Positions 1-8,526 of a stretch of 29,977 bases of DNA are shown piece after piece; the first letter of the stretch is position 1; each line of letters begins with the position of its first letter. Source of the DNA: Alphaproteobacteria bacterium (GTDB taxonomy: Bacteria > Pseudomonadota > Alphaproteobacteria > ATCC43930 > CGMCC-115725); assembly GCA_005888425.1 (NCBI GenBank), contig VAZF01000312.1, positions 1 to 29,977 on the forward strand, in the 5' to 3' direction. The notes beneath the pieces were generated by a model that was not told the origin of the DNA, did no database searches, and saw only the letters and a program-made list of their open reading frames with translations. Position numbers and translations under genes: made by a program.

Positions 1-1136
1 CAATCAGGTGGTTGTGAAGCGGGCTCGATCCAATCGATGAGCAAACCGTAGCCAACCGCCAAAATGGTCGGCCCGACGAAAATTCCGAGAAGGCCGAATG
101 CGGCCAAACCGCCGAGCATCCCCAACAGGATCAGCAAGATCGGCAGGTCGCTGCCGCGGCTGATCAGGTAAGGCCTGAGCACATTTTCGAGCGGGTTGAA
201 GATCAGAAACGACCAGATGGCGAGCGCGATCGCCATGCCGGTTGAGCCGTTGTAGAACAGGTACAGGCTGGACGGGAGCCAGATGAAGGTCGGGGCGAGC
301 GGGACCATTGTCAGAAAAAAGCACAGAAACCCCAGAAGAAAGGCGCCCGGGACTCCCGCTACCCAGAATCCGATGCCCGACAATACGCCCTGGATCAAAT
401 TCGTGCCGACGATCCCGTAAACCACACCCTTGATCGTCCCTCCCGCGACATCCAAGGCACGCGTGGCCCGTTCGCTGCCGATCCGCGACGAGAACGCGTA
501 GAGCCTGGAGCCCGCAGTGCCGCCCTCACGGTAGAGAAAGAAGGCAATCACGAGGCTCAGCACTAGTTCGAGAATGCCGCCGCCAAAGCTCGCGAGCACC
601 GAAAAAAGCCAGCCTCCCGCGGTCGACACATAGGGCTTGAGGGTTGCGGCGAAATTGGCTTCGCCCGCCGCGACCGTTCCCCAGTAATCTTGGAGGCGCG
701 GGCCGATGAGCGGCAGTTCGCTCAACCATTGGGGAGGCGCCCCGATCCCGCGGTCCAGCGCCTCGCGAGCATCAGCGACAAGACCCGCCGCACTCTCGGC
801 GAGAGTGGCGCTGACGAGGACTAACGGGAACACAATCAGCGTCCCGATAAGCAGCGTTGAAAATAGCGCGGCGAGCGATCTCCGGCCGTTGAGCCACTGC
901 TGGAGGCGACGATTCAATCCGGAGGTCGAGTAGGTGATAATGACGGCCCAAAGCAGGGCCGAGATAAACGGGCGAAGAATAATGAACGTGCCCAGGGCAA
1001 GCAGCGCCAAAAGGGCCAAACCGAGTAACCGCTCGACAGGCAGCGCTTCGTCGCGCCGAGCTAGCTTCAGCGGCGGCTCCTTTTTCGATTGTGCCTGCCC
1101 GGTCGACATGATGTTTCGATACGGCCGCGGTCCCAT
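1..1136 (-). CDS. AI-2E family (YdiK/PerM-like) inner-membrane transporter; 3' end at the window edge; absent from the ORF track
   Basis: Manual minus-strand translation is stop-free from ATG 1136 (alternative ATG 1109) to position 3. It contains FISALLWAVIITYST, IKGVVYGIVGT, and NVLRPYLISRGSDLPILLILLGMLGGLAAFGLLGIFVGPTILAV, typical of the AI-2E C-terminus. The frame ends ...SQPPD-TG at the edge. Confidence 0.88.
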   Translation of the reverse strand, partial: MGPRPYRNIMSTGQAQSKKEPPLKLARRDEALPVERLLGLALLALLALGTFIILRPFISALLWAVIITYSTSGLNRRLQQWLNGRRSLAALFSTLLIGTLIVFPLVLVSATLAESAAGLVADAREALDRGIGAPPQWLSELPLIGPRLQDYWGTVAAGEANFAATLKPYVSTAGGWLFSVLASFGGGILELVLSLVIAFFLYREGGTAGSRLYAFSSRIGSERATRALDVAGGTIKGVVYGIVGTNLIQGVLSGIGFWVAGVPGAFLLGFLCFFLTMVPLAPTFIWLPSSLYLFYNGSTGMAIALAIWSFLIFNPLENVLRPYLISRGSDLPILLILLGMLGGLAAFGLLGIFVGPTILAVGYGLLIDWIEPASQPPD

Positions 1137-1183
1137 CGCGGGATGCTTCTCTGCAGTCTCGGCCGTCAGTCAGGCTGCGTGCA

Positions 1184-1197
1184 TTGAGCTAAATCAG
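1184..1197. promoter_or_regulatory. Degenerate FNR/FixK-type box upstream of the AI-2E gene
   Basis: TTGAG-CTAA-ATCAG, 8/10 match to TTGAT-N4-ATCAA, 48 bp upstream of ATG 1136. Confidence 0.4.
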
Positions 1198-1231
1198 CGC
1201 CCGCAGTCGCCGCGCGGGCCCGGTATAGGGA

Positions 1232-1618
1232 TCAGCGGTCAGCATGACCATCACGACAGCCGAGCGCCTTGTAGATCTCGGCGACGAGTTCCTGCGCCAT
1301 GATCGGCTTTTCCAATAGAGCCACTCCGCTCCGATCCGCCGTCGAGACCAGGCTGGTTGTGATCTTGCCGCCGGTAACGAGGACGGCGGGAATCATAACA
1401 CCACCGCGACGAAGCCGCGCGAGCAGTTCGATCCCGTCGAGTTCGGGCATGTTCACGTCGACAAGCAGACAGCTCCTTTCAAGCGGTGGCGTCTCAGCCA
1501 AGAACATAGCGGCTGAGGTGTAGGAACGAACCTCGAAGCCGTTGGATTCAAGCATGACGTGGAAGGAATCCCCCACCGCCGCGTCGTCATCAATGACATA
1601 TACGATTGGTTTTGCCAC
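1232..1618 (-). CDS. Single-domain response regulator (FixJ-like receiver, no output domain)
   Basis: VYVIDDD, LLVDVNMPELDG, VLVTG and LLEKP, so the acidic pair, phospho-Asp, Thr and Lys are all intact. GTG 1618 follows an AAAGGGAA RBS; the ORF track starts at ATG 1636. Confidence 0.88.
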   Translation of the reverse strand: MAKPIVYVIDDDAAVGDSFHVMLESNGFEVRSYTSAAMFLAETPPLERSCLLVDVNMPELDGIELLARLRRGGVMIPAVLVTGGKITTSLVSTADRSGVALLEKPIMAQELVAEIYKALGCRDGHADR

Positions 1619-1793
1619 GCTTGAGTTCCCTTTCATTCGCGCGGTTCAATCGCCTTTGCCGATCCGAGACCACGAGCGACATACTCGATTTCTCGGGCTA
1701 ACGGCGCGAGCCCCGTATGTCGGTGTCCTTTTTGGAACAGTGCTCCACCTTTCCCGTGCAGGTGCCCCGGGGGTTCGGCCAACCCCGTCCCGG

Positions 1794-2501
1794 TCAGCGG
1801 CCCGCGGCTCCTGAGTGGCCGCCTTTTTTCTCGAAAATCGCAGCCTCAAACAGGGCGCGGTTGATGATCTGAACATATCGGCGATCCCGAATGGCAATCG
1901 CGCCGCGGTTCACAAGGGTTTGAAACGATCGGCCGACTGCCTCAAGCGAGATCCCCGCATAGGCGCCGATATCCGAACGTTTCATCGGCATATAAATTTC
2001 CTGCAAGGATCCCCTAGCCGTACCCTGGTGGGCTTCGAGCATCCTAAGGAAGAGACCTATTCTCGTGATTGCGCGTTGCCGACTGAGCAGAAATGCGTGT
2101 GCTTGAGCTTGATGCAGCTCGTGCGACAGCTGAGAAATCAGGTGAAACTGTAGGTCCGGATCGCTGCGGATTTGGGCATTTATCGCGACCATGGGCATCC
2201 GATACGCGGTCACCGCGGTAAGCGCCTCGGCGGAATTCAGGTGCGTGCCGTTCTGAACCGATCCGACCAGATCGTCGGCAAAGGAAAAGACGATGATATG
2301 CTGCGCTCCGTCCGGCAGCATCGTGTATGACTTTACGACGCCGCTAACGATGCTAAAGAGAGCCTCAGCGCCCTCACCTGTGCGGTACAACGGCTCTCCC
2401 TTGCGAAAGCGCACAAACGACGAAGGCAGCGCGAGTTCCGCACGGTCCCGAGACGTCGAGAGATGACTGGCATCGCCGGGCTCGGTGCTTACCGTCATCA
2501 T
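1794..2501 (-). CDS. Crp/Fnr-family transcriptional regulator (FixK-like, no N-terminal Fe-S cysteines)
   Basis: cNMP-type domain (FRKGEPLYRTGE...IVSGVVK...FADDLVG) and HTH MPMKRSDIGAYAGISLEAVGRSF. No Cys cluster. Confidence 0.88.
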   Translation of the reverse strand: MMTVSTEPGDASHLSTSRDRAELALPSSFVRFRKGEPLYRTGEGAEALFSIVSGVVKSYTMLPDGAQHIIVFSFADDLVGSVQNGTHLNSAEALTAVTAYRMPMVAINAQIRSDPDLQFHLISQLSHELHQAQAHAFLLSRQRAITRIGLFLRMLEAHQGTARGSLQEIYMPMKRSDIGAYAGISLEAVGRSFQTLVNRGAIAIRDRRYVQIINRALFEAAIFEKKGGHSGAAGR

Positions 2502-2742
2502 AGCCCGGCACCGGCGATAGCCAGGACGCCATTCAAACCGTTTATCCTCGGCATCTCAAAGACTGCCGCAATCCCGGTGCTCGCAACTCCGTCGTGCATG
2601 CAGCACAGCTGCGGTCCGCGAGCTCTGACGCGGCTCCGGCGAGCGGTATTGACGTGACGTGCACGACGGCGTTGGGTCGACACCGGCTTTGGTTCCCGAC
2701 GTTTTCCTCACGCACTTTTGCCTGACCCTGTATCGGACAGCA

Positions 2743-2756
2743 TTGATCTGTCGCAA
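2743..2756. promoter_or_regulatory. FixK2-type box
   Basis: TTGA-TCTGTC-GCAA, matching TTG(A/C)-N6-(T/G)CAA, in the divergent intergenic region. Confidence 0.45.
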
Positions 2757-2980
2757 TCGCGGAATAAAACAGTGTCAGAACAGAATTGAAAGACAGCTCC
2801 GAATCGAATGTACCACAGAAGCAAATCGTCAAAAATTGACCCTACCGTGGGTTCCGGGAATGCTTTTTTTTCTTTATCTGTTTGATAGAATTATTAAAAA
2901 TGTGCCGATCGGGAGTAGAAGTATTTGAGTAATACCCGAATGGCGCTAAATCCGTCAATTTATCGCAAATACCGGAAAGT

Positions 2981-2994
2981 TTGATTTTAATCAC
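2981..2994. promoter_or_regulatory. FNR/FixK-type box
   Basis: TTGAT-TTTA-ATCAC, 9/10 match, in the AT-rich intergenic segment. Confidence 0.55.
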
Positions 2995-3054
2995 CATCTA
3001 TTCAGCGAAGCCCTGCGTTCCACACTGGATGAGCTCGGTTTCCAGGCCGCTTTT

Positions 3055-3068
3055 TTGATTGTGATCAA
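3055..3068. promoter_or_regulatory. Perfect FNR/FixK box upstream of the DHp-only gene
   Basis: TTGAT-TGTG-ATCAA, 10/10. The ORF-track TTG start at 3055 falls inside this box. Confidence 0.85.
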
Positions 3069-3198
3069 CTTTCTGCCGGATTCGCCGCTCGCATCTCGCG
3101 CAAAAAGCGTGTTAACGTACGTTACGGGGGCGTTATCACGGAAAGAAGTCGCCAATAAAGGGGGCAGGCGGCAATGTCAGCACAAGGAGTACGTTGTC

Positions 3199-3486
3199 AT
3201 GGCGGCAGATGGGCACATCGGAGGGAACGACGGATTCCCGCGAGGCCAAACCGTTCCGACAGCTGCACTCGTGCACGAGCTGACGGAAGCGCTCACGGCG
3301 CTCGGTAACTATCTCGCCTCAGCGAATAAGATCTACGACAGCACGCCGCGGTCGCAGCGGCTGGGCGAGGCGCTTGAAAAAAGCCTAGGCCAACACGAGC
3401 GAGCTGTCGAAGCGACACGGCGCCTGCGTGACCTCGGCCGTCCTCGCAGAAGGGTGGACGGGGACTGCCTCATCGGCCTCCGCTAG
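3199..3486 (+). CDS. Stand-alone histidine-kinase dimerisation/phosphoacceptor (HisKA/DHp-like) protein, 95 aa
   Basis: AAGGAG RBS at 3184-3189, ATG 3199. LVHELTEALTALGNYLASA...LGEALEKSLGQHERAVEATRRLRDL aligns by eye with the DHp of the kinase in this window (LIHEVNQPLTAISNYLAAA...LKSVLQQSAEQAARATEIIRHLRDF). No ATPase or sensor domain. Confidence 0.72.
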   Translation: MAADGHIGGNDGFPRGQTVPTAALVHELTEALTALGNYLASANKIYDSTPRSQRLGEALEKSLGQHERAVEATRRLRDLGRPRRRVDGDCLIGLR

Positions 3487-4970
3487 GCGGCGCGGTCAGG
3501 CTTGACGGCGGCGGGCTCGCTCGCTTCGGGACGGCGCATTCTGAAGCCAAGAAAGGCGATCGCCACGGTCGCGAGCGGGTTCAGCAAGCTAAAGAACGCA
3601 AACCCCGCATAGCTCAGCGTCGGCACTCCAAGTGTGGCCGCCATATATGCGCCGCAGCTGTTCCAGGGGATCAACGGCGAGGTTACCGTTGCCGAATCGC
3701 CGACCGCGCGCGACAAAGCGACCGGAAGGAGACCGCGCCGGTCAAACTCGACGCGGAACATCCTCGCGGGCAGCACGATCGCGATGTACTGATCGGATGC
3801 GATCACATTCAAGCCGATACAAGTCCCGACCACCGCAACCACGAGGCTGCCCGTCGAGCGCACACCGCTGATTGCCGCCTCGGTCAACCGCTTCAACAGC
3901 CCGGCACGCTCGAGCACGGCGCCAAAGGCAAGCGCCGTCAAAATCAACCAGACCGTGTTGAGCATTGACTCCATGCCGCCGCGCGACAGGAGCCGGTCGA
4001 TCTCAACCTGGCCAGTGCTCGAAACATAGCCAGTGGCCAGCGCGGACCAGATCCCTTTTATGAGCGCGAGCGGCGCCGGAAGCGACGCGTCTTTGGCAAA
4101 GGCAATGACCTGGTTGGCATTGAAAAGGACAGCCAGAACACCGCCGAGCAATGCCCCAGCAAAAATCGTGACGAAAGGCGGGAAGCGCAGGATTGCCAGG
4201 CCAAAAACCAGGGCCAGAGGCAGCAATGTCCAGGGCGTGATGACGAAATGCTGAGTGAGGCCCGACAGCATTCCCGTAGCCTCGAATTCACTCGGCTGGC
4301 CGAGCAGCGCAAAACCGATCAGCGACAGCAAGAGCGCCGGGATGGAGGTCCACAGCGATTCCCGGGTATGCTGAAACAAATCGGAGCCTGATGCCGCGGC
4401 CGCCAAATTCACCGTATCGGACAGCGGCGATGCCTTGTCGCCGAAATATGCGCCCGAAATGACCGCACCCGCGGTGATTTCCGGCGACAACCCCATATTT
4501 CCGGCGATCCCGATCAGCCCGATCCCGATCGTGCCTGCGACGGTCCAAGAGCTGCCGATTCCGGTGGCGACAACCGCGCAGATCAGCGCCGCCGACGCAT
4601 AAAAGTAGTGTGGGCTGAGAACCTGCAGCCCGTAATACACCATCGTCGCGATCGTGCCGCTCAAAGCCCATGTGCCGATCAGTGCGCCGACGGCGAGCAA
4701 AATGAAAATCGCGGAGAGCGCAGAAGCTATACCGTCGGCGGTTGCCTGTCGCAAAGCGGACCACGGCACTCCATTCTTTACGGCGATGCCGCACGCGATC
4801 AAACCGCAGAACAGCAACGCGATCTGGTTCGGACCTTGCGCAGCCTTGTCGCCATAGAGCAGGTACGAGGTCGCCAGAAAGACGATCAGCGCGACGGCGG
4901 GAATGCAAGCGTCGAGCAGTGACGGAGTACGATCGGAACCTGCCGGCGGCGGTGGCGGAACATCGGTCAT
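3483..4970 (-). CDS. nhaC: NhaC-family antiporter (substrate uncertain; possibly an amino-acid exchanger)
   Basis: Multi-pass membrane protein with GSSWTVAGTIG, GAYFGDKASPLSDTVNLA and SPLIPWNSCGAYM motifs of the NhaC family. The start is ATG 4970 (MTDVPPP) after an AGAGAGG RBS, not the 5411 start of the track. Confidence 0.82.
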   Translation of the reverse strand: MTDVPPPPPAGSDRTPSLLDACIPAVALIVFLATSYLLYGDKAAQGPNQIALLFCGLIACGIAVKNGVPWSALRQATADGIASALSAIFILLAVGALIGTWALSGTIATMVYYGLQVLSPHYFYASAALICAVVATGIGSSWTVAGTIGIGLIGIAGNMGLSPEITAGAVISGAYFGDKASPLSDTVNLAAAASGSDLFQHTRESLWTSIPALLLSLIGFALLGQPSEFEATGMLSGLTQHFVITPWTLLPLALVFGLAILRFPPFVTIFAGALLGGVLAVLFNANQVIAFAKDASLPAPLALIKGIWSALATGYVSSTGQVEIDRLLSRGGMESMLNTVWLILTALAFGAVLERAGLLKRLTEAAISGVRSTGSLVVAVVGTCIGLNVIASDQYIAIVLPARMFRVEFDRRGLLPVALSRAVGDSATVTSPLIPWNSCGAYMAATLGVPTLSYAGFAFFSLLNPLATVAIAFLGFRMRRPEASEPAAVKPDRAA

Positions 4971-5097
4971 TGCCGGTGGTACCTCTCTATGGTGTGCGGC
5001 CCGCGCCTTACTTGCCGAGCCGGCCGCCTCGGTGAGGGCGCACTCGCCGATCGCGACACAGTGAACCGAGTCCTCGCGCCGATGCCGACGGGGTGTC

Positions 5098-6477
5098 CTA
5101 GAACGTGACGGTCGTGCGTACGGTGAATACGGCTTCGGGGCTGGCGTGCGGCGCCAATGCCGGGTTCCAGAACACCTGGATGTCCGGCGTGACATGCATC
5201 CCTTTGAAGATTGTCGCCTTGTAAAAGATCTCGCTGACCCACTCGCCGTCGCGCACGCCGACTGTTCCGACCGACTGGTGATTGGTCTTATTCCAGCCGG
5301 CCGCAACACCGAGCTGGTCGGCGCGGTTTCGGCCGATCGGATTATTCCAGATCGCGCCGCCTGCATAAGAGGTGCGGATCGGAATATCTGGTCCCGTCGC
5401 GTTGTTGACACGTAGGAACGCGCCGTATCTGTCGGTCAAATCCTGCGATATGCTCAGCGAGACGCCGGTTGATCGGCTGGAGACATTCGGGACAAACGGC
5501 TGCTCGTAAAGGAGCACGCTGTAAATGCCATCTCCCAAGCCCGGAACTTTTGGGGTCCATTGCGCATTGCCCCATTTGACCATTCTGCCTTGCTCGATAC
5601 CGGCGCTCGTCAGTGTGCCGCCATTGAGATCGGTGCCGCCCTGGGCGCCCACCGCGAAATTGAATTGTCCATCCGGAGTCTTTACGCGTCCGTACGCACC
5701 CAATCCGGCGTTCGGAAAGGTCTGAGTTGCAGTCTGGGCAAAGGAATAGCTGATGAAGCTCGTCTGCGCGTTGGCGGCGAACTCGTTAGGGTCGAAGGAG
5801 AAAAGGTTGTATTGGCCGACCGTCAAAGAGAGCCAGCTGACCAGCCCCGGAAATGTGTGCGTGTAAGCGAGCGTCGACCAGGCAAAATTGTCGCGCGTCC
5901 AGTCGTTCGGGAAAGTGATCAGCCCGAGGCGCGACGCTTGGCTGCTGGTGTTCTGGGTACTGAAATAGGCCTGGTGAGAGGTGACGATGTTGATTTCGCC
6001 GGAGCCGAATTGCGTGTCCTTGAACGGCTTCCAGGTTACGTAGGGATAGTAAACGTTCGCGTAGACCGGCGCGCCCTTCGTGCCCCACTGCGGGTAAAAG
6101 GAATAATCGATCCCGAAGTCGAGCTTGTATTGTTCGCTGATGCCCTTCTTGAAGGCGAGCCATTTGTCGTATTGGGTGTTGAGCACGTCGGCATAAGGCC
6201 GCGACCAATCCTCCGATCCGGGAACAAACTGAGGCAGCAGCCGAAACGCCGGACGCGTCTTGGTCGAGCCTACCGTTGCGCTGACATCGGGAACATTCGA
6301 CTCCGGCAAGGTGGGTAGCGGTGTCGCCTGAGGGCCCGTAGGCAACGGGTCAGCGGCGCTTCCCGGATTGTCGGCCAGCTGCGCGCGCGCCGGCGCCGTC
6401 GGAAAACCCAAAGCCAGGCCCATGGTCAACGCGGCTGCGACAGCTGGCGCATGGCATAGCATCCAGCGCAATCTCAC
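5098..6477 (-). CDS. OprB-family outer-membrane porin
   Basis: Signal peptide (APARA-Q), beta-strand pattern, EIFYKATIFKGMHVTPDIQ motif and C-terminal Phe (VRTTVTF). GGGGGGA RBS before GTG 6477. Confidence 0.78.
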   Translation of the reverse strand: MRLRWMLCHAPAVAAALTMGLALGFPTAPARAQLADNPGSAADPLPTGPQATPLPTLPESNVPDVSATVGSTKTRPAFRLLPQFVPGSEDWSRPYADVLNTQYDKWLAFKKGISEQYKLDFGIDYSFYPQWGTKGAPVYANVYYPYVTWKPFKDTQFGSGEINIVTSHQAYFSTQNTSSQASRLGLITFPNDWTRDNFAWSTLAYTHTFPGLVSWLSLTVGQYNLFSFDPNEFAANAQTSFISYSFAQTATQTFPNAGLGAYGRVKTPDGQFNFAVGAQGGTDLNGGTLTSAGIEQGRMVKWGNAQWTPKVPGLGDGIYSVLLYEQPFVPNVSSRSTGVSLSISQDLTDRYGAFLRVNNATGPDIPIRTSYAGGAIWNNPIGRNRADQLGVAAGWNKTNHQSVGTVGVRDGEWVSEIFYKATIFKGMHVTPDIQVFWNPALAPHASPEAVFTVRTTVTF

Positions 6478-6553
6478 GGTTGTCCCCCCTCGATGTAGCG
6501 CCGTCTCATCAGGAGCGGTACGCCGCCGCTTCAGTTCAGACCGGCCGTTTCAG

Positions 6554-7489
6554 TCAGGCGGCGGCCCATTCAATGTCGTGTACGGAATTCGCGATCGTTG
6601 TGCCGGCCTCGCCGCGCAGGATCGCCGCTAGATCCCCGAGCGCCCCAATCCCCGACTTTTTACCGGTCGTCTCAGCGAAGTGGCACGCGGCCGCGACTTT
6701 CGGTCCCATCGATCCAGCCGGAAACTCGTAATCGCGCATGGCAGCCGGGCTCGCGCGCCGAAATGCTTTCGCAGTGGGCTTACCCCAATCAACGAACACT
6801 GCGTCCGCATCGGTCGCCATCAGAAAGAAATCCGCCTCGAGCTGATGTGCGAGCAGCTCGGAACAGAGATCCTTGTCGATCACCGCCTCGATACCCCGCA
6901 ATTTGCGGCCGGGTTCATAGACGGTCGGGATTCCGCCGCCGCCTGCCGCAATGACAATCGTGCCTTTTTCGAGCAGCCAGCGGATGGGGCGCACCTCGAA
7001 GATCTGCTTGGGTTGCGGCGACGGAACGACTTTGCGCCATTTGTCGCCGTCCTGCTTCATGACCCAGCCTTTTTCGGCCTTGAGCCGCGCGGCTTCGTCT
7101 CCGGAATAGACGGGGCCGATGAACTTGGTCGGAGACGCGAAGCCGGGATCGGCTGGATCGACCTCGACCATCGTCAAGATCGTCGCGAAGGGCACCTCGA
7201 ACGGCAGCAGGTTTCCCAATTCTTGCTCGATCATGTAGCCGATCATGCCCTCGGTCTGGGCGCCGAGGACATCGAGCGGATAGACCTCTTCCGGCTTGTA
7301 GGCAGCGCCCTGCAACGCCAGAAGGCCTACCTGCGGCCCATTTCCGTGCGTGATGACCAGCTCGTTCCCGGGATAGATTTCAGCGAGCGCGGCGGCGGCG
7401 ATCTGCACATTGGCGCGCTGCGCCTCGGCCGTCATCGGCTGGCCGCGCTTCAGCAGCGCGTTGCCGCCGAGCGCCACGACGATACGCAC
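6554..7489 (-). CDS. arcC: Carbamate kinase
   Basis: [37 protein letters not shown] and GSMGPK motifs. GTG 7489 lies 4 nt after the arcB stop. Confidence 0.96.
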   Translation of the reverse strand: MRIVVALGGNALLKRGQPMTAEAQRANVQIAAAALAEIYPGNELVITHGNGPQVGLLALQGAAYKPEEVYPLDVLGAQTEGMIGYMIEQELGNLLPFEVPFATILTMVEVDPADPGFASPTKFIGPVYSGDEAARLKAEKGWVMKQDGDKWRKVVPSPQPKQIFEVRPIRWLLEKGTIVIAAGGGGIPTVYEPGRKLRGIEAVIDKDLCSELLAHQLEADFFLMATDADAVFVDWGKPTAKAFRRASPAAMRDYEFPAGSMGPKVAAACHFAETTGKKSGIGALGDLAAILRGEAGTTIANSVHDIEWAAA

Positions 7490-7493
7490 CGCC

Positions 7494-8495
7494 TCAATCC
7501 CCGAGAGTCGCGACGAGAATGGCCTTGATCGTATGCATGCGGTTTTCCGCCTGCTCGAAGGCGACATTCATCTCCGAGTCGAACACCTCTCCCGTCACCT
7601 CCATGGCGGTGAGGCCGAACTGCTCGTGGATGTCGCGTCCGACTTTCGTCTCGAGGTCGTGGAAGGCAGGCAGGCAGTGCATGAACTTCACGCGCGGGTT
7701 GCCGCTCGCCTTCATCAGCTTCATATCGACCTGATATGGCTTCAGGAGCGCAATGCGCTCCGCCCAGACCTCCTTGGCTTCGCCCATCGAAACCCACACA
7801 TCGGTGTGGATGAAGTCGACCCCCTGCACGGCTTCCTCGGGGTCGTCCGTGATTGTCAGCCTGCCGCCGTATTTGCCTTCGAGGTCGCGCGCGATTTTGA
7901 TGTAGTCCTCCGCCGGCCACAACGATTTGGGCCCGCAAATCCGGACGTCCATGCCGACGAGACCGCCGACGATCATCAACGAGTGCCCCATGTTTGATCG
8001 GGTGTCGCCGATATAGGCATATTTGATGTCATGCAGCGGCTTTTCGCTGTACTCGCGCATCGTCATCACATCAGCGAGCATCTGCGTCGGATGATATTCG
8101 TCGGTCAGGCCGTTGAAGACAGGGACACCCGCGGAGCGTTCGAGCTCCTCGACCGCCTCCTGGGAATAGCCGCGGAACTCGATCGCGTCGTACATGCGCC
8201 CCAACACGCGAGCGGTGTCCTTCACCGACTCCTTGTGACCGATCTGGGAGCCTGCCGGATCGAGATAGGTGACATGAGCGCCCTGATCGAAACAGGCGAC
8301 CTCGAAGGCGCAGCGCGTGCGTGTCGAGGACTTCTCGAAAATCAGGACGATCTCCTTGCCCTTCAGATGCTCCTGCTCCGTACGCGCGTACTTGGCCCGC
8401 TTCAAATCGCGAGCCAGATCGAGCAGATAAAAGAACTCGCGCTGCGTGAAGTCCTGAACCGTAAGGAGAGAGCGGTTGCGCAAGTTAAGGCTCAT
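7494..8495 (-). CDS. arcB: Catabolic ornithine carbamoyltransferase
   Basis: [13 protein letters not shown] and FMHCLP motifs. DAIEFRG keeps the Glu equivalent to E105 of the Pseudomonas aeruginosa catabolic enzyme. Lies between arcA and arcC. Confidence 0.95.
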   Translation of the reverse strand: MSLNLRNRSLLTVQDFTQREFFYLLDLARDLKRAKYARTEQEHLKGKEIVLIFEKSSTRTRCAFEVACFDQGAHVTYLDPAGSQIGHKESVKDTARVLGRMYDAIEFRGYSQEAVEELERSAGVPVFNGLTDEYHPTQMLADVMTMREYSEKPLHDIKYAYIGDTRSNMGHSLMIVGGLVGMDVRICGPKSLWPAEDYIKIARDLEGKYGGRLTITDDPEEAVQGVDFIHTDVWVSMGEAKEVWAERIALLKPYQVDMKLMKASGNPRVKFMHCLPAFHDLETKVGRDIHEQFGLTAMEVTGEVFDSEMNVAFEQAENRMHTIKAILVATLGD

Positions 8496-8526
8496 TTTAC
8501 GACCTCTCTAAGGCAACGGATGCTCA

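Noticed and set aside
4-324. 106-aa minus-strand ORF in the track
   Set aside because: It is an out-of-frame overlap of the real AI-2E gene.
3055-3198. Track start of the 143-aa ORF at TTG 3055
   Set aside because: The codon is part of the perfect FNR box, and the strong RBS is at 3184-3189. The same logic rejects the extended starts at 17299 and 23889.
4971-5411. 147-aa N-terminal extension of the NhaC ORF in the track
   Set aside because: It overlaps the porin gene and is low-complexity Arg/Ser/Pro sequence. An RBS supports ATG 4970.
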